The notes beneath the pieces are model-generated. The model did not search any database. It was not told the origin of the DNA and saw nothing but the letters and a program-made list of their open reading frames with translations. This document shows, piece by piece, positions 1 to 9,757 of a stretch of DNA of 64,000 nucleotides (its first letter is position 1; the number at the start of each line of letters is the position of its first letter). The stretch is taken from NCBI GenBank assembly GCA_031362565.1, contig JANLSU010000103.1, positions 43,321-107,320 of the forward strand, written 5' to 3'. Source of the DNA: a bacterium. Lineage in GTDB: Bacteria; Krumholzibacteriota; Krumholzibacteriia; G020349025. Both the position numbers and the translations under genes were made by a program.

Positions 1-397
1 CGATGGTGCCCATCGACGCCGTCAGGCGGCGCGCTTTGCGATGCGAGGCCTCGACACTCATGTCCTCGGCTTCGGGATCGAACGCCGAGAGCGCCGACAC
101 CGCGGTACGCAGCGTCGCCATCGCGTCGTCTTTGGCGGCGATTCGCGCCACGATTTCCAGAACCGGCGCCGGCACCTGGCGATCGGCGGCCAGTTCCTTG
201 GAAAACGTCGCGAGTTGGCCTTGGGTCGGCAGGACGCCGTTCCACAGCAGATAAACGGTTTCTTCGAAGGTCGAATGCTTGGCGAGATCGTGAATGTCGA
301 TCCCTTGATAAATCAGGGCGCCCTTTTCCCCATCGACCTTGCTGATCGAGGTTGGGGCGACAACGACCCCTTCGAGGCCGCGCGCGACTTCCGGCAT
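1..397 (-). CDS. Citrate synthase / 2-methylcitrate synthase family, N-terminal part (runs off the window start)
   Basis: Not in the ORF track. Manual translation gives MPEVARGLEGVVVAPTSISKVDGEKGALIYQGIDIHDLAKHSTFEETVYLLWNG...MATLRTAVSAL, a typical citrate synthase N-terminus. GGAGG RBS at 406-410. Confidence 0.9.
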   Translation of the reverse strand, partial: MPEVARGLEGVVVAPTSISKVDGEKGALIYQGIDIHDLAKHSTFEETVYLLWNGVLPTQGQLATFSKELAADRQVPAPVLEIVARIAAKDDAMATLRTAVSALSAFDPEAEDMSVEASHRKARRLTASMGTI

Positions 398-562
398 GTG
401 TCAATCCTCCGGGACAGCCCTGTTCAAGGGCTACGATCGTGGGTCGTTCGGTGATTCGGGACCGCTGGACGAGCCGCGGGGCCAAACCAAGACTGTCCTG
501 AGTATAGGAACGCCGCGCGCCGGTCGCAAGGGTCGTGCAGCCCCGCACGGGGCGCCCTTTTT

Positions 563-2566
563 CTAGAGCTTGCGCTGGTACCAGCCGAGGGTCCGTCGCA
601 GGTGCTCGGCACGCGCGCGCGGCCGCCCGCTGCGCGTCAAGGCGTGCGATTCGCCAGGAAAACGCACGAATTCAACCTCGCGGCCCAGGACCCGGAGCGC
701 CGTGAACAGCTCTTCGGACTGGCCAATCGGACAACGGTGATCCTGTTCCCCATGCAGCAAGAGGAGCGGGGTGCGGATCGCCCCGGCGCGCGCCAGGGGC
801 GAAACCCGCCACCAGCGGTCGAACGAGTGCCATGGGAGCTGGCCCTCGAACTCAGGGAGGAGTTCGGGCCCGATGTCACACGTCCCGAACATGGAGAACA
901 GATTCGTGACCCCGCGCATCGAGACGGCGCACTTGAAGCGCTGCGTGTTGGCGATCGCCCAAGCGGTCAAGTAGCCGCCGTAGGAACCGCCCGCGACGGC
1001 GATCCGGGCGGCGTCGACGAACGGCAGCCGCTCGATGGTGTCGGTGACGCGCATCAAATCCTCATGATCCGAGTGGCCCCAGTTGCCGACCAGGGCGCGC
1101 ATGAAATTGCGGCCGTAGCCGGCGCTGCCGCGCAGGTTGGTGAATACGACGTGATAGCCTTGGCTCGCGAGCATTTGAAATTCGAAGAAAAAGCTCCAGC
1201 CGTACATCAGGTACGGACCGCCGTGAATCGCCACCACGGTAGGGCGGCGCTCCGGCGCTCCCGTTGCACGCAGGATCCAACCGTGGACTTCGTGACCGGG
1301 CACACACTTGACGCGAATCTCTTCGGGCACGGGCAGGCGATAGCGGCGCAGCCAAGTGTTGAGCTTGGTGAGTTGCTTGACACCGGCACCCGGGACCATG
1401 CGGCTTCGGCGCCCCGTTCCGCCGGCTGTAGCAACGAAGACGTCGCCGGGTTCGGTCGGCGTGCGCCGCACGAATGCCCACCGGCTTGCCCCACGGCTCT
1501 GCGACAGTTGGCAAATGCCGTGGCGGCCGGCGGTGCGCGGCCGCGCGGCGCCGTTCGCGACCGTGACTTCCCACACCTGAGTTTCGCCACGCTGGCTCGC
1601 CAACACGAACAACCGGTCACCGCGCGGCGACCAGAGCGGTGCCGGCGGCGGTCCATCGACGTCGTCGACATCGGTGAGCAGCGAATCGCCGCACATGAGA
1701 TCGGACGCCGCCATCAAGTCGCGTGGTTTGCCGCCGCTCGCGTCGACGATCCACACGTGCAGGTTCTCGACCGCATCGGGAAAGCCGCGGTGCCCCATGT
1801 AAGCGATGCGGCGCCCGTCGGGTGACCACGCCGGCGCATGCTTGGGACCCATAGCCGAGGTCAGGGCGCGGATCCGGCCGCCTGCGGCACCGACCACGTA
1901 GACGTCGGCGTGCGGCCGTTGCACATCGGCGCGCGCGCTGCGATTCGACACGAACGCCAGCTGGCGGCTGTCCGGCGACCACGCCGGATCGGCGACATCG
2001 GCATCGCCTGAGGTGAGAGACCGTTTGCGGCCGGTCGCGAGATCGAGAACCATGAGTTGGCTGAACGCGCCATCGCGGAAACCGCGGCCATCCTGTTTGT
2101 CATCGATGCGGGTCATGACGCGCGCGACGGGCACTTCGTCGGCGGTTCCGAGTTCGTCCATGCCGGGCAATGGCGTATGCAAGAACGCCACGCGGCGTCC
2201 ATCGGGCGAGACGGAGACGGCGCGCGCGTTGCCGTCGACGATCGTGAGTTGTTCCACCTTGCCGGTCTCTATACGCAAGCGCCAGAGCCCAGTCGCGTCC
2301 ACGAGCCGGGTGGCGAAGACGAGGGTTCGCGAATCCGGCGCCCAGGCCGGCGCACCCTCCGCATCGAGTTTCGGCACCGCGACGCGGACCGCGCCGGTCA
2401 CGGCATCGACAACCCGTAACTCCTCGCGGTACGTGTGGCGCGACGCGGCAGTGGTCCGCTCCACGTAGGCGACCCAACGTCCATCCGGCGACAAGCGCGT
2501 GCCGTAGGGCACTCGCAACTGCAGGACATGACTCGGGGTGAGTTGGGATTGGCCGGAACGCGGCAT
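563..2566 (-). CDS. S9 family (prolyl oligopeptidase / acylaminoacyl peptidase) serine peptidase
   Basis: Beta-propeller WSPDG repeats, HGGP, GGSYGG nucleophile, and D (GEQDHRC) and H (GESHAL) triad residues. ATG 2566 follows AGGAG. Confidence 0.92.
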   Translation of the reverse strand: MPRSGQSQLTPSHVLQLRVPYGTRLSPDGRWVAYVERTTAASRHTYREELRVVDAVTGAVRVAVPKLDAEGAPAWAPDSRTLVFATRLVDATGLWRLRIETGKVEQLTIVDGNARAVSVSPDGRRVAFLHTPLPGMDELGTADEVPVARVMTRIDDKQDGRGFRDGAFSQLMVLDLATGRKRSLTSGDADVADPAWSPDSRQLAFVSNRSARADVQRPHADVYVVGAAGGRIRALTSAMGPKHAPAWSPDGRRIAYMGHRGFPDAVENLHVWIVDASGGKPRDLMAASDLMCGDSLLTDVDDVDGPPPAPLWSPRGDRLFVLASQRGETQVWEVTVANGAARPRTAGRHGICQLSQSRGASRWAFVRRTPTEPGDVFVATAGGTGRRSRMVPGAGVKQLTKLNTWLRRYRLPVPEEIRVKCVPGHEVHGWILRATGAPERRPTVVAIHGGPYLMYGWSFFFEFQMLASQGYHVVFTNLRGSAGYGRNFMRALVGNWGHSDHEDLMRVTDTIERLPFVDAARIAVAGGSYGGYLTAWAIANTQRFKCAVSMRGVTNLFSMFGTCDIGPELLPEFEGQLPWHSFDRWWRVSPLARAGAIRTPLLLLHGEQDHRCPIGQSEELFTALRVLGREVEFVRFPGESHALTRSGRPRARAEHLRRTLGWYQRKL

Positions 2567-2656
2567 GCGGGGAGCTCCTTCGAACAAGTTCGGGGGCGCG
2601 GGCGCGACAGCGCACGGTACCCGAGCCTGCAACTCGCACACAAGCCCGCGTTCGCT

Positions 2657-3901
2657 TTAGCGCGTTCCGATGACCGGCAGTGGCGTGGAGACCAGATGTT
2701 CGAGCACCGGCGTTGCGAGACTTCGCGCCGCGATGGCGTGCCCACGCATGTTCCAGTGGTTGTCGCTGCTGAGATACGGATGGTCGCCGTGCGCGATGCG
2801 GGCGGCGAATTCGGGGGTCAGATCGAAGAACGGCAGGCCGGCGGCATCGGCGAGCCCCGCCAAGGTGCGGTTGGGGCGCTCGAAATCGAGTTTGGACGCA
2901 TCGAGCCCGAAACGTGCGATCCAACGTTGGCGTGCGGCGGGGTCGACTTGCTGTTCGGCGGGAATCGCCACCACGAGTGCCGTTGCATGCTGGATGTCGC
3001 ACCACAGTCGCAGCGCGCGGAGGGCGCTGCCGGTCGAATCGATTGCGGCCCGGAGATCGGCGCTCGGTTCGTCTTGCAAAGCGTCCGCGAAACCCTTGTC
3101 GTAGACGTAGTAGTCGAACGGCTTCGGCTCCGCCGATTCGCCCGGCTCGGCGGGGGTACGGGCGCGCCGCACCGGATGCACGAGCCGCGCCTTCAGCAAC
3201 AAGTACAACTCGGAGTGCGAGTGCAGCCAGAGACGCACTTGCCGGTGCCACGGACGAAACTCTTGCCGGAAGCCGGCGGCGGACGCTTCCAACATTTGAT
3301 AGCCGTCCACGACCGTCATCCGCGTGCGGCCGGAGTTGTCGGTGAAGTCGTTGCCGAGATAGAACGCCAGCAGCACACCATCCGGTCCGATCTCGCGTCC
3401 GAGCCGCCGGAGCATGCCGATCTCTTGCTCCGTTCCGTAACCATCCACACCGGCATTGACGACTTCGGCGTCGTGCCACGCCGGCCGTCCGGGTGCCGTG
3501 GGCAACGCGGCGAGTTGCCCGCGCAGTTCGACTTCGAGGCGCTTCACGAAGCAACTGTCGAGCGGGCCGGCGTGAATTCCGAGCGTGAACGAATCACCGA
3601 GAGCCAAAAGACGCAGGCGACCGGGCACCCGCGGTCCGATCTCGCGGTCGCGAATTCCGAGACTGTTGGTGCGCACGTCGCAGGTGAACTCCGCGGTGTG
3701 CACGTGCTTGGCGAACCTGGGCACCATGACGTAGCCGAGTTCAGCGTTCGGTTGGTGCAGGCCACGCAGCGCGACGGCGAGCGGGAAGTGCTGTGGCGCG
3801 ATGCGCCGCACACACAGTTCGCAGACGACAAGCGCAACGGCCGTACCGGCTGCGGCCAGCAGAATGTTGGAGACGACGCGCAGGAGGACGTGGGAGCGCA
3901 T
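2657..3901 (-). CDS. Membrane-anchored SGNH/GDSL hydrolase-like protein (AlgX/AlgJ-like)
   Basis: N-terminal TM helix, LGDSFT, NAGVDGYG, GND and C-terminal DNHWN motifs. Confidence 0.8.
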   Translation of the reverse strand: MRSHVLLRVVSNILLAAAGTAVALVVCELCVRRIAPQHFPLAVALRGLHQPNAELGYVMVPRFAKHVHTAEFTCDVRTNSLGIRDREIGPRVPGRLRLLALGDSFTLGIHAGPLDSCFVKRLEVELRGQLAALPTAPGRPAWHDAEVVNAGVDGYGTEQEIGMLRRLGREIGPDGVLLAFYLGNDFTDNSGRTRMTVVDGYQMLEASAAGFRQEFRPWHRQVRLWLHSHSELYLLLKARLVHPVRRARTPAEPGESAEPKPFDYYVYDKGFADALQDEPSADLRAAIDSTGSALRALRLWCDIQHATALVVAIPAEQQVDPAARQRWIARFGLDASKLDFERPNRTLAGLADAAGLPFFDLTPEFAARIAHGDHPYLSSDNHWNMRGHAIAARSLATPVLEHLVSTPLPVIGTR

Positions 3902-4064
3902 GTCAGCGACCGCCGTCGGAGGGCGTGAACCTGAAACGCGATGAACGAGGCGAGCATACTCCGCTCTCCGAACGCCGTCGAGCCTCGCTCCCTTGACGCT
4001 CGGCAGGTCTTGCCCCTATACCCTTGGTCTACAAAGACGAGCCGGCCGTAAGGCAAGGCTCGAT

Positions 4065-4139
4065 CCGTTAGGGGTGGCCGAAAGGCCTGAGACCAAACCC
4101 TTCGAACCTGACCTGGGTCATACCAGCGTAGGGAAACGG
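4065..4139 (+). ncRNA. TPP (thi-box) riboswitch aptamer
   Basis: CCGTT-AGGGGTG-GCCGAAAGGC-CTGAGA-CCAA-ACCCTTCGAACCTGA-CCTGGGTCATACCAGCGTAGGGA-AACGG matches the TPP consensus (CUGAGA, CCUGA, GCGUAGGGA). P1 is CCGTT/AACGG. Confidence 0.93.
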
Positions 4140-4162
4140 GCCAAGATCCTCAGGTACCCACA

Positions 4163-4186
4163 GCTGCCTCTCGGGTGGCGTTTTTT
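4163..4186 (+). terminator. Intrinsic terminator, probable expression platform of the TPP riboswitch
   Basis: GCTGCCT-CTC-GGGTGGC hairpin with G-U pairs, followed by GTTTTTT, between the aptamer and the CDS. Confidence 0.6.
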
Positions 4187-4235
4187 CAAGCCAACGTCCG
4201 GCGCCAATCGGCCGGTCGAACCGAGGGGGATCGCG

Positions 4236-6647
4236 TTGTCGCGTCATGCCGTTTTGTTCATGCTCGTTGCTGCGGCGCTCGCTGGTCGAGCCCGCGCCGA
4301 CACACTCCAGGGCCGGGTTGTGGACCGCGTCACCGGCGCCCCGGTGGCGGCGGTGGAAGTGCGTGTGATCGGCGCGCCGCGCGTCGTGCTCACGAACCAG
4401 GCCGGCGAATTCACGGTTGCCGATGTCTCGGACAGTGATCTCGAAATCGAACTGCTGCGCTTCGGCTACCTGCCGGCGCACCAGCGGGTGTCCCGCGCCG
4501 GCGTCGCGAGCAGTGGCGGAACACTCGAAGTGCGCCTCGAACCGCTCGCGTTCCAGGAGGATCCCGTCATCGTCAGCGCGGCGCGCGTGCAGCGGCGCGA
4601 AAGTCCGATTCCGCACTCGGAGTTGACGCACGCCGAACTTCAGGAGCGCTATACGACGCAGGATCTGCCGGTGCTCTTGGCGGCGCTGCCGTCCTCGATC
4701 TACTACTCGGAAAGCGGCAATGGCATCGGTTACAACTACCTGACGTTGCGCGGCTTTGACCAGCGGCGCATCTCGGTGCTGGTGAATGGTGTGCCGCAGA
4801 ACGACCCCGAGGACCAAAACGTCTACTGGCTCGATTTCCCGGACCTCGCCGCCAACTTGCAGGACGTGCAGGTGCAACGCGGTGCGGGCAGTGGCTTCTA
4901 CGGACCACCGGCCATTGGCGGCGCGGTCAATCTCGCAACGGCGGCCTTCGATCCGCAGCCGGGCGTCCGCGTGCAAACCGGTGCAGGGAGTTTCGGCACC
5001 CGCAAGTCGTCGTTGCAGTTGAATTCCGGGCTGGTGAACGGCGTCTATGCTTTTTCGGGCCGTTATTCGCGGCTTCTCTCGGACGGCTACCGGCAAGACT
5101 CCTGGACCGACTTCACGTCATTCTTCTTTGGCGCGGCGCGCTACGACGCCCACCTGACGACGCGCATCCACGTCTACGGCGGGCCGCTGTCGGATGGCTT
5201 GGCCTACTACGGCGTGCCGGGCACCGCGGTGCACGATCGCGTCGCGCGCCGCCAGAATGCCCTCGCAGGCGGCGCCCAGATCGAGAATTTCTCTCAACCA
5301 CACTACGAATTGCTGAGCGAATGGCGGCCGAATGCCAAGGTGCGGGTCGTGAACACGCTCTTCTACGTGCAAGGTGACGGCTTCTTCGACTTCGACGGTT
5401 CGTTCGCCGACACGACGTACTATCGCCTGACCGGCGCGTACGGATTCCGCCCGGCGACGAATCCCGGGCGGTCGCTCATTCGGGCTTCGGTTGCCAACAA
5501 GCAGGCCGGCTGGCTGCCGCGAGTCGAATGGCAGCATGCGAACGGCGAACTGACGGTTGGTGCCGAACTGCGCCGGCACCGCTCCGATCACTGGGGCCAG
5601 ATCCGCTGGGCCGAAGCCCTGCCGGCGGGCCTCGATCCCGAGCGCAAGTACTATCGCTATCGCGGCGGCAAGGACATTCTGGGCGCCTATGCGCACGAAG
5701 TGCTGCACGCGACCGAACGCTTGCAAGTGACCGGCGATCTGCAGCTCGTCTACGACCGCTATCGGATTTTCGACGAGGATTTCGCCGCCACGACGTTCGC
5801 CCAGCCGTATGTGTTCGCGAATCCACGCTTCGGCGTCAACTACAACGCCAACCAGTCGCTGCACGGCTACGCGAGTTACGGCTACGTGCAGCGCGAGCCG
5901 CGGCTAAAGAATCTCTATGACGCCGCCGAATCGAGCGGCGGCGCCACACCGCAATACGACACCTTGTCCGGCGGCGGGGTCGATTTCGATCAGCCATTGG
6001 TGCATCCCGAAAAGTTGCACGACTTCGAATTAGGCGCCGGCTGGCGCCAAGGCACCCGCGCCACTGCGGCGGTGAATCTGTTCTGGATGGATTTTCACGA
6101 CGAGATCGTCTCCAACGGCCAGCTCGACCGTTTCGGGCAACCGGTCACCGGCAACGCCGCGCGCTCGGTGCATCGCGGCATCGAGTTGGAAGCCCGTGTC
6201 CGGCCGGTTGCGGCGTTCGAAGTCGAGGGCAATCTGTCTTGGAGCCAAAACCGGTTCCGCGACCACCGTGTCTTCGTGGACGCCGGCGGCAGTGCGATTC
6301 CGGCCGGCGTGCAACTGGGCGGCAACGAGATTGCAGGCTTCCCGAGTTTGGTTTCCAACTTGCGCGGCACGCTCCGTGGGCACGGCGCGACTGTGGCACT
6401 CGCCGCCCGTGGCGTCGGTGAGTTCTTCACGACCAACTTCGAAAACGCCAGTGAACGCGTCCCCGGGCACTTCGTATTGGATGCCGAGGCCGCGTACGAA
6501 CTGCCGTTCGCGACCCTGCGCCGCACGCGGCTCCAATTGCAGGTGCGCAACGTGCTCGACCAGTTGTACGTGCTGCACGGTGAGGGCGATCAGTTCTTCC
6601 CGGCCGCAACTCGCAATTTCTTTGCCAGCGTCGAGTTCGGCCTGTAA
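4236..6647 (+). CDS. TonB-dependent outer membrane receptor, probably for thiamine or a precursor
   Basis: Signal peptide, carboxypeptidase-regulatory-like N-domain, plug (LRGF...VLVNGVP...GGAVNL), and barrel ending VRNVLD...RNFFASVEFGL. Lies downstream of the TPP riboswitch. TTG start after GAGGGGG. Confidence 0.9.
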   Translation: MSRHAVLFMLVAAALAGRARADTLQGRVVDRVTGAPVAAVEVRVIGAPRVVLTNQAGEFTVADVSDSDLEIELLRFGYLPAHQRVSRAGVASSGGTLEVRLEPLAFQEDPVIVSAARVQRRESPIPHSELTHAELQERYTTQDLPVLLAALPSSIYYSESGNGIGYNYLTLRGFDQRRISVLVNGVPQNDPEDQNVYWLDFPDLAANLQDVQVQRGAGSGFYGPPAIGGAVNLATAAFDPQPGVRVQTGAGSFGTRKSSLQLNSGLVNGVYAFSGRYSRLLSDGYRQDSWTDFTSFFFGAARYDAHLTTRIHVYGGPLSDGLAYYGVPGTAVHDRVARRQNALAGGAQIENFSQPHYELLSEWRPNAKVRVVNTLFYVQGDGFFDFDGSFADTTYYRLTGAYGFRPATNPGRSLIRASVANKQAGWLPRVEWQHANGELTVGAELRRHRSDHWGQIRWAEALPAGLDPERKYYRYRGGKDILGAYAHEVLHATERLQVTGDLQLVYDRYRIFDEDFAATTFAQPYVFANPRFGVNYNANQSLHGYASYGYVQREPRLKNLYDAAESSGGATPQYDTLSGGGVDFDQPLVHPEKLHDFELGAGWRQGTRATAAVNLFWMDFHDEIVSNGQLDRFGQPVTGNAARSVHRGIELEARVRPVAAFEVEGNLSWSQNRFRDHRVFVDAGGSAIPAGVQLGGNEIAGFPSLVSNLRGTLRGHGATVALAARGVGEFFTTNFENASERVPGHFVLDAEAAYELPFATLRRTRLQLQVRNVLDQLYVLHGEGDQFFPAATRNFFASVEFGL

Positions 6648-6651
6648 GGCG

Positions 6652-7719
6652 TCACGCCGAGCCGGCCTCGAAGGCATTGAATGCGTCGCGGTAGAGCCCG
6701 CCCAGCCGCTCCCACGAATAGTCGTGGGCGGCGGTGTGGGTGGCTTGCCGCATGCGGTCGCGCTCCGCGGCCGGCATTTCGACAAACCGCCGCATAGCGT
6801 CGCCGACTTCGTTCGCATCGCGCAGGAAGATGCCGATGGCCTGTTTCTCGAAGTCCACGACGTTGCCCTCGGACTTGATGATGATCGGCAACTCGAAAGC
6901 CAACGCCAAGTAGATGGCCGAACAGGTCTCGATGTACTTGTACGGCGCGACGAAGCAATCGGCGGCGCGCAGATAGACCTGGATGTCGTCGTCCGGCACA
7001 TAGCCGAGCGCCAGGTGCACGTGCGGAGTGTCGCGGGCTTGGGTTTCGAGCCCGGCTTGGAATTCGGGCGAATAGGGTTTGCCGGCGATGAGCAGCCACG
7101 TGTCCGGCGCCGTGCGCTGCACGGTCGCGAAGGCGTCCAGCAGAATGTCGACGCCTTTGTACGGCCGCACGTTGCCGAAGAAGACGAAGACCGTCGCCGC
7201 TGCCGGAATCCCGAGCCGGGCCCGGGCGTCGGCGCGCGACACGCGATCCTCATAGGCGCCCGCGTAGCTGCCGATCGGAATCGTGTAGGCATGCCGCTTA
7301 CGCCCCCAGCGCCGCTCGGCTTCGGCGCGCACGTCCGGGGTGTGAAAGAAGACGATCGATGCGAGGTTCCACAACATGCGTCGCGATGCCATGTGCAGCC
7401 AATTGAGCTGCTCGGCATCGTGGACGTGCACCTCGTGCACGGTCCAAATGATCTTGTAGCCGCGCGCCACGAGCGCCAGCCACACGAGATGGGTCACGAT
7501 GTAGTGTTTGAGCCCGAACAATCGCGTCCAGGCCCGGGGCCGCAGAGTAAAGAACACTTCCGGCCAATGGAAATGCACGTAGTGGAACCGGTCGCGCCGC
7601 CGGTGGGTGAGCACCCAGCGGAGCGAAAACGGAAACTGCTCGTAATGCAGCCCGATCGTCGCCAAGGCGCGGTACAGGAGCACGGTATAGACGTTGCCCG
7701 ATTCCTGGCTGGGCAGCAT
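6652..7719 (-). CDS. Glycosyltransferase family 4 (GT-B)
   Basis: HFHWPE, WTVHE, FFGNVRPYKG and YLRAADCFVAPY motifs. Alternative TTG start at 7734 overlaps the upstream stop. Confidence 0.85.
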   Translation of the reverse strand: MLPSQESGNVYTVLLYRALATIGLHYEQFPFSLRWVLTHRRRDRFHYVHFHWPEVFFTLRPRAWTRLFGLKHYIVTHLVWLALVARGYKIIWTVHEVHVHDAEQLNWLHMASRRMLWNLASIVFFHTPDVRAEAERRWGRKRHAYTIPIGSYAGAYEDRVSRADARARLGIPAAATVFVFFGNVRPYKGVDILLDAFATVQRTAPDTWLLIAGKPYSPEFQAGLETQARDTPHVHLALGYVPDDDIQVYLRAADCFVAPYKYIETCSAIYLALAFELPIIIKSEGNVVDFEKQAIGIFLRDANEVGDAMRRFVEMPAAERDRMRQATHTAAHDYSWERLGGLYRDAFNAFEAGSA

Positions 7720-7730
7720 CGTGATCCGGC

Positions 7731-8678
7731 TCAAGTCGTAGCCTCCGCCGCAATCCGCGCCCGCCAATCGGCCATGATGTCGTCGAGCGTCGTGTCGATC
7801 GCGTACTCGGGCTGCCAGCCGGTGCGGGCATGCAGGCGTGCCGGGTCGCCGGCCAGCACCGGCAGATCGCTCGGCCGCCAGCGTTCGGGATCGACTTCGG
7901 AGCGCAGTGGCACGCGGGCGCGACGTATGAGACCGTCCAGCAGATCGCCAATGCGCGCCGCTTCACCGCGGCAGACGTTGTAGACCGTGGCTGGTTCGCC
8001 GTGTTCGGCGAGCAGCGCATACGCCCGCACGACGTCACGCACGTCGAGGAAATCACGCCACACGTCCAGGTTGCCGACCCGCAGGAGTGGTGGTTGCCCG
8101 CCGCGTTCGATCGCCGCAATCTGGCGCGCGAAACCCGGTAACACGAATCGATCGCTTTGGCCGGGGCCGCTATGGTTGAAACTGCGGACGAGCACGACGT
8201 TGAGTCCGTGGCTGGCCGCATACTGCAGCGCCAACATCCCTTGGGCGGCTTTGCTGACGGCGTAGGGACTTTGCGGCCGCAACGGTGCGGTCTCGGCGAT
8301 GGGCTGGTGTTCGCGGTCGACGGCGCCGTACTCCTCCGCCGATCCCACCACCACGATCCGCGCCTGCGGCGCCTTGGCGCGCATCGCCTCGAGCACGTTG
8401 CACGTGCCGGTCAGGTTGACGTGCAGCACCTCTTGCGGATGGGCGAATGAATAGGCGACCGAAGAGAGGCCAGCCAGATGGAAGATCCAGTCCGGCCGCG
8501 CCGCATCGACCAGCGCCACGACGGCCGCAACGTCCAAAAGATCGGCGCGGATATGGCGTTCGCCGCCCATGCCGTCGGCGCGATCCGTCGTCCACACCTC
8601 GTGACCCGCGCCCGTGAGCCGCGCCACGAGGTGCGGCCCCACGAAGCCCGAGGCTCCGGTCACGAGACAGCGCCGCAC
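7731..8678 (-). CDS. rmd: GDP-4-keto-6-deoxy-D-mannose reductase-like (Rmd-like) extended SDR
   Basis: TGASGFVG, HLAGLS, GSAEEYG, SPYAVSK, RSFNHSGPGQ and GNLDVWRDFLDVRD. Lies directly downstream of gmd. Confidence 0.75.
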   Translation of the reverse strand: MRRCLVTGASGFVGPHLVARLTGAGHEVWTTDRADGMGGERHIRADLLDVAAVVALVDAARPDWIFHLAGLSSVAYSFAHPQEVLHVNLTGTCNVLEAMRAKAPQARIVVVGSAEEYGAVDREHQPIAETAPLRPQSPYAVSKAAQGMLALQYAASHGLNVVLVRSFNHSGPGQSDRFVLPGFARQIAAIERGGQPPLLRVGNLDVWRDFLDVRDVVRAYALLAEHGEPATVYNVCRGEAARIGDLLDGLIRRARVPLRSEVDPERWRPSDLPVLAGDPARLHARTGWQPEYAIDTTLDDIMADWRARIAAEATT

Positions 8679-8679
8679 G

Positions 8680-9639
8680 TCAGCGCCTCAAGCGATCGAG
8701 GTCGGCGCGGACCATCATCTCGACGAGTTGCGGCAGATCCACCTCGGCGCGCCATCCGAAGGCCTTCTTGGCGCTCGAACAGTCGCCGATGAGCTGGTTG
8801 ACTTCCGCCGGCCGTACGAAGCGCGGATCGACGACCACATGTTTTTCCCAATCGAGTCCGGCGGCTTCGAACGCCAGGCGCGCGAACTCGCGCACGGTGT
8901 GCGTTGCGCCGGTCGCGATGACGAAATCCTGCGGTGTGTCGAGCTGCAGCATCTGCCACATGCCGCGCACGTAGTCGCCGGCAAAACCCCAGTCGCGTTC
9001 GGCGTCCAGGTTGCCGAGCGCCAGTTCCTTGGCGAGGCCGGCCTTGATGCGCGCCGCGCCGTCGGTGATCTTGCGGGTCACGAACTCGAGGCCGCGGCGC
9101 GGCGATTCGTGATTGAACAAGATCCCCGAACTGACATACATGTTGTAGCTCTCGCGATAGTTCACGGCGATGTAATGGCCGTACACCTTGGCGACGCCAT
9201 AGGGGCTCCGCGGCGCGAACGGTGTCGTTTCACGCTGTGGCGATTCGCCGGCATTGCCGAACATCTCGCTGGACGATGCTTGATAGAAGCGTGCCTCGGG
9301 CGCCATCATGCGCGCCGCTTCGAGCAGGCGCGTGACACCCAGCGCCGTGAACTCGCCGGTCAGGACCGGCTGGTTCCAGGACGTCTGCACGAACGACTGT
9401 GCCGCCAGGTTGTAGATCTCGTGCGGCCGAGCGGCCCGCACTGCTTCCAGCAACGAATTTTGATCCAAGAGATCGCCTTGCAAGAGTTGCAGGCGATCTT
9501 GGATATGCTCGATGCGCTCGAAGTTGAGGGTGCTGCTCCGGCGTACGAGGCCATACACCTCGTAGCCCTTGTCGAGCAGGAACTCGGCGAGGTACGAACC
9601 GTCCTGTCCGGTGATGCCGGTGACCAGGGCCCGTTTCAC
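8680..9639 (-). CDS. gmd: GDP-mannose 4,6-dehydratase
   Basis: [45 protein letters not shown] and RDWG motifs. GTG start with GGAGG RBS. Confidence 0.95.
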   Translation of the reverse strand: MKRALVTGITGQDGSYLAEFLLDKGYEVYGLVRRSSTLNFERIEHIQDRLQLLQGDLLDQNSLLEAVRAARPHEIYNLAAQSFVQTSWNQPVLTGEFTALGVTRLLEAARMMAPEARFYQASSSEMFGNAGESPQRETTPFAPRSPYGVAKVYGHYIAVNYRESYNMYVSSGILFNHESPRRGLEFVTRKITDGAARIKAGLAKELALGNLDAERDWGFAGDYVRGMWQMLQLDTPQDFVIATGATHTVREFARLAFEAAGLDWEKHVVVDPRFVRPAEVNQLIGDCSSAKKAFGWRAEVDLPQLVEMMVRADLDRLRR

Positions 9640-9757
9640 GGGGACCTCCGCTCGGGAAAAAACGTCATCGGGAAAGCGCGGACGGCGGCAAGCTCCGCGC
9701 AACCGCACGCGAACACGCCAGCATAGCACACAGGCCGCGATACGGCCGCGGTCGTGG

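Noticed and set aside
528..562. Hairpin with T-tract next to the S9 peptidase stop
   Set aside because: The U-tract is on the plus strand while both flanking genes are on the minus strand, so a terminator role is unclear.
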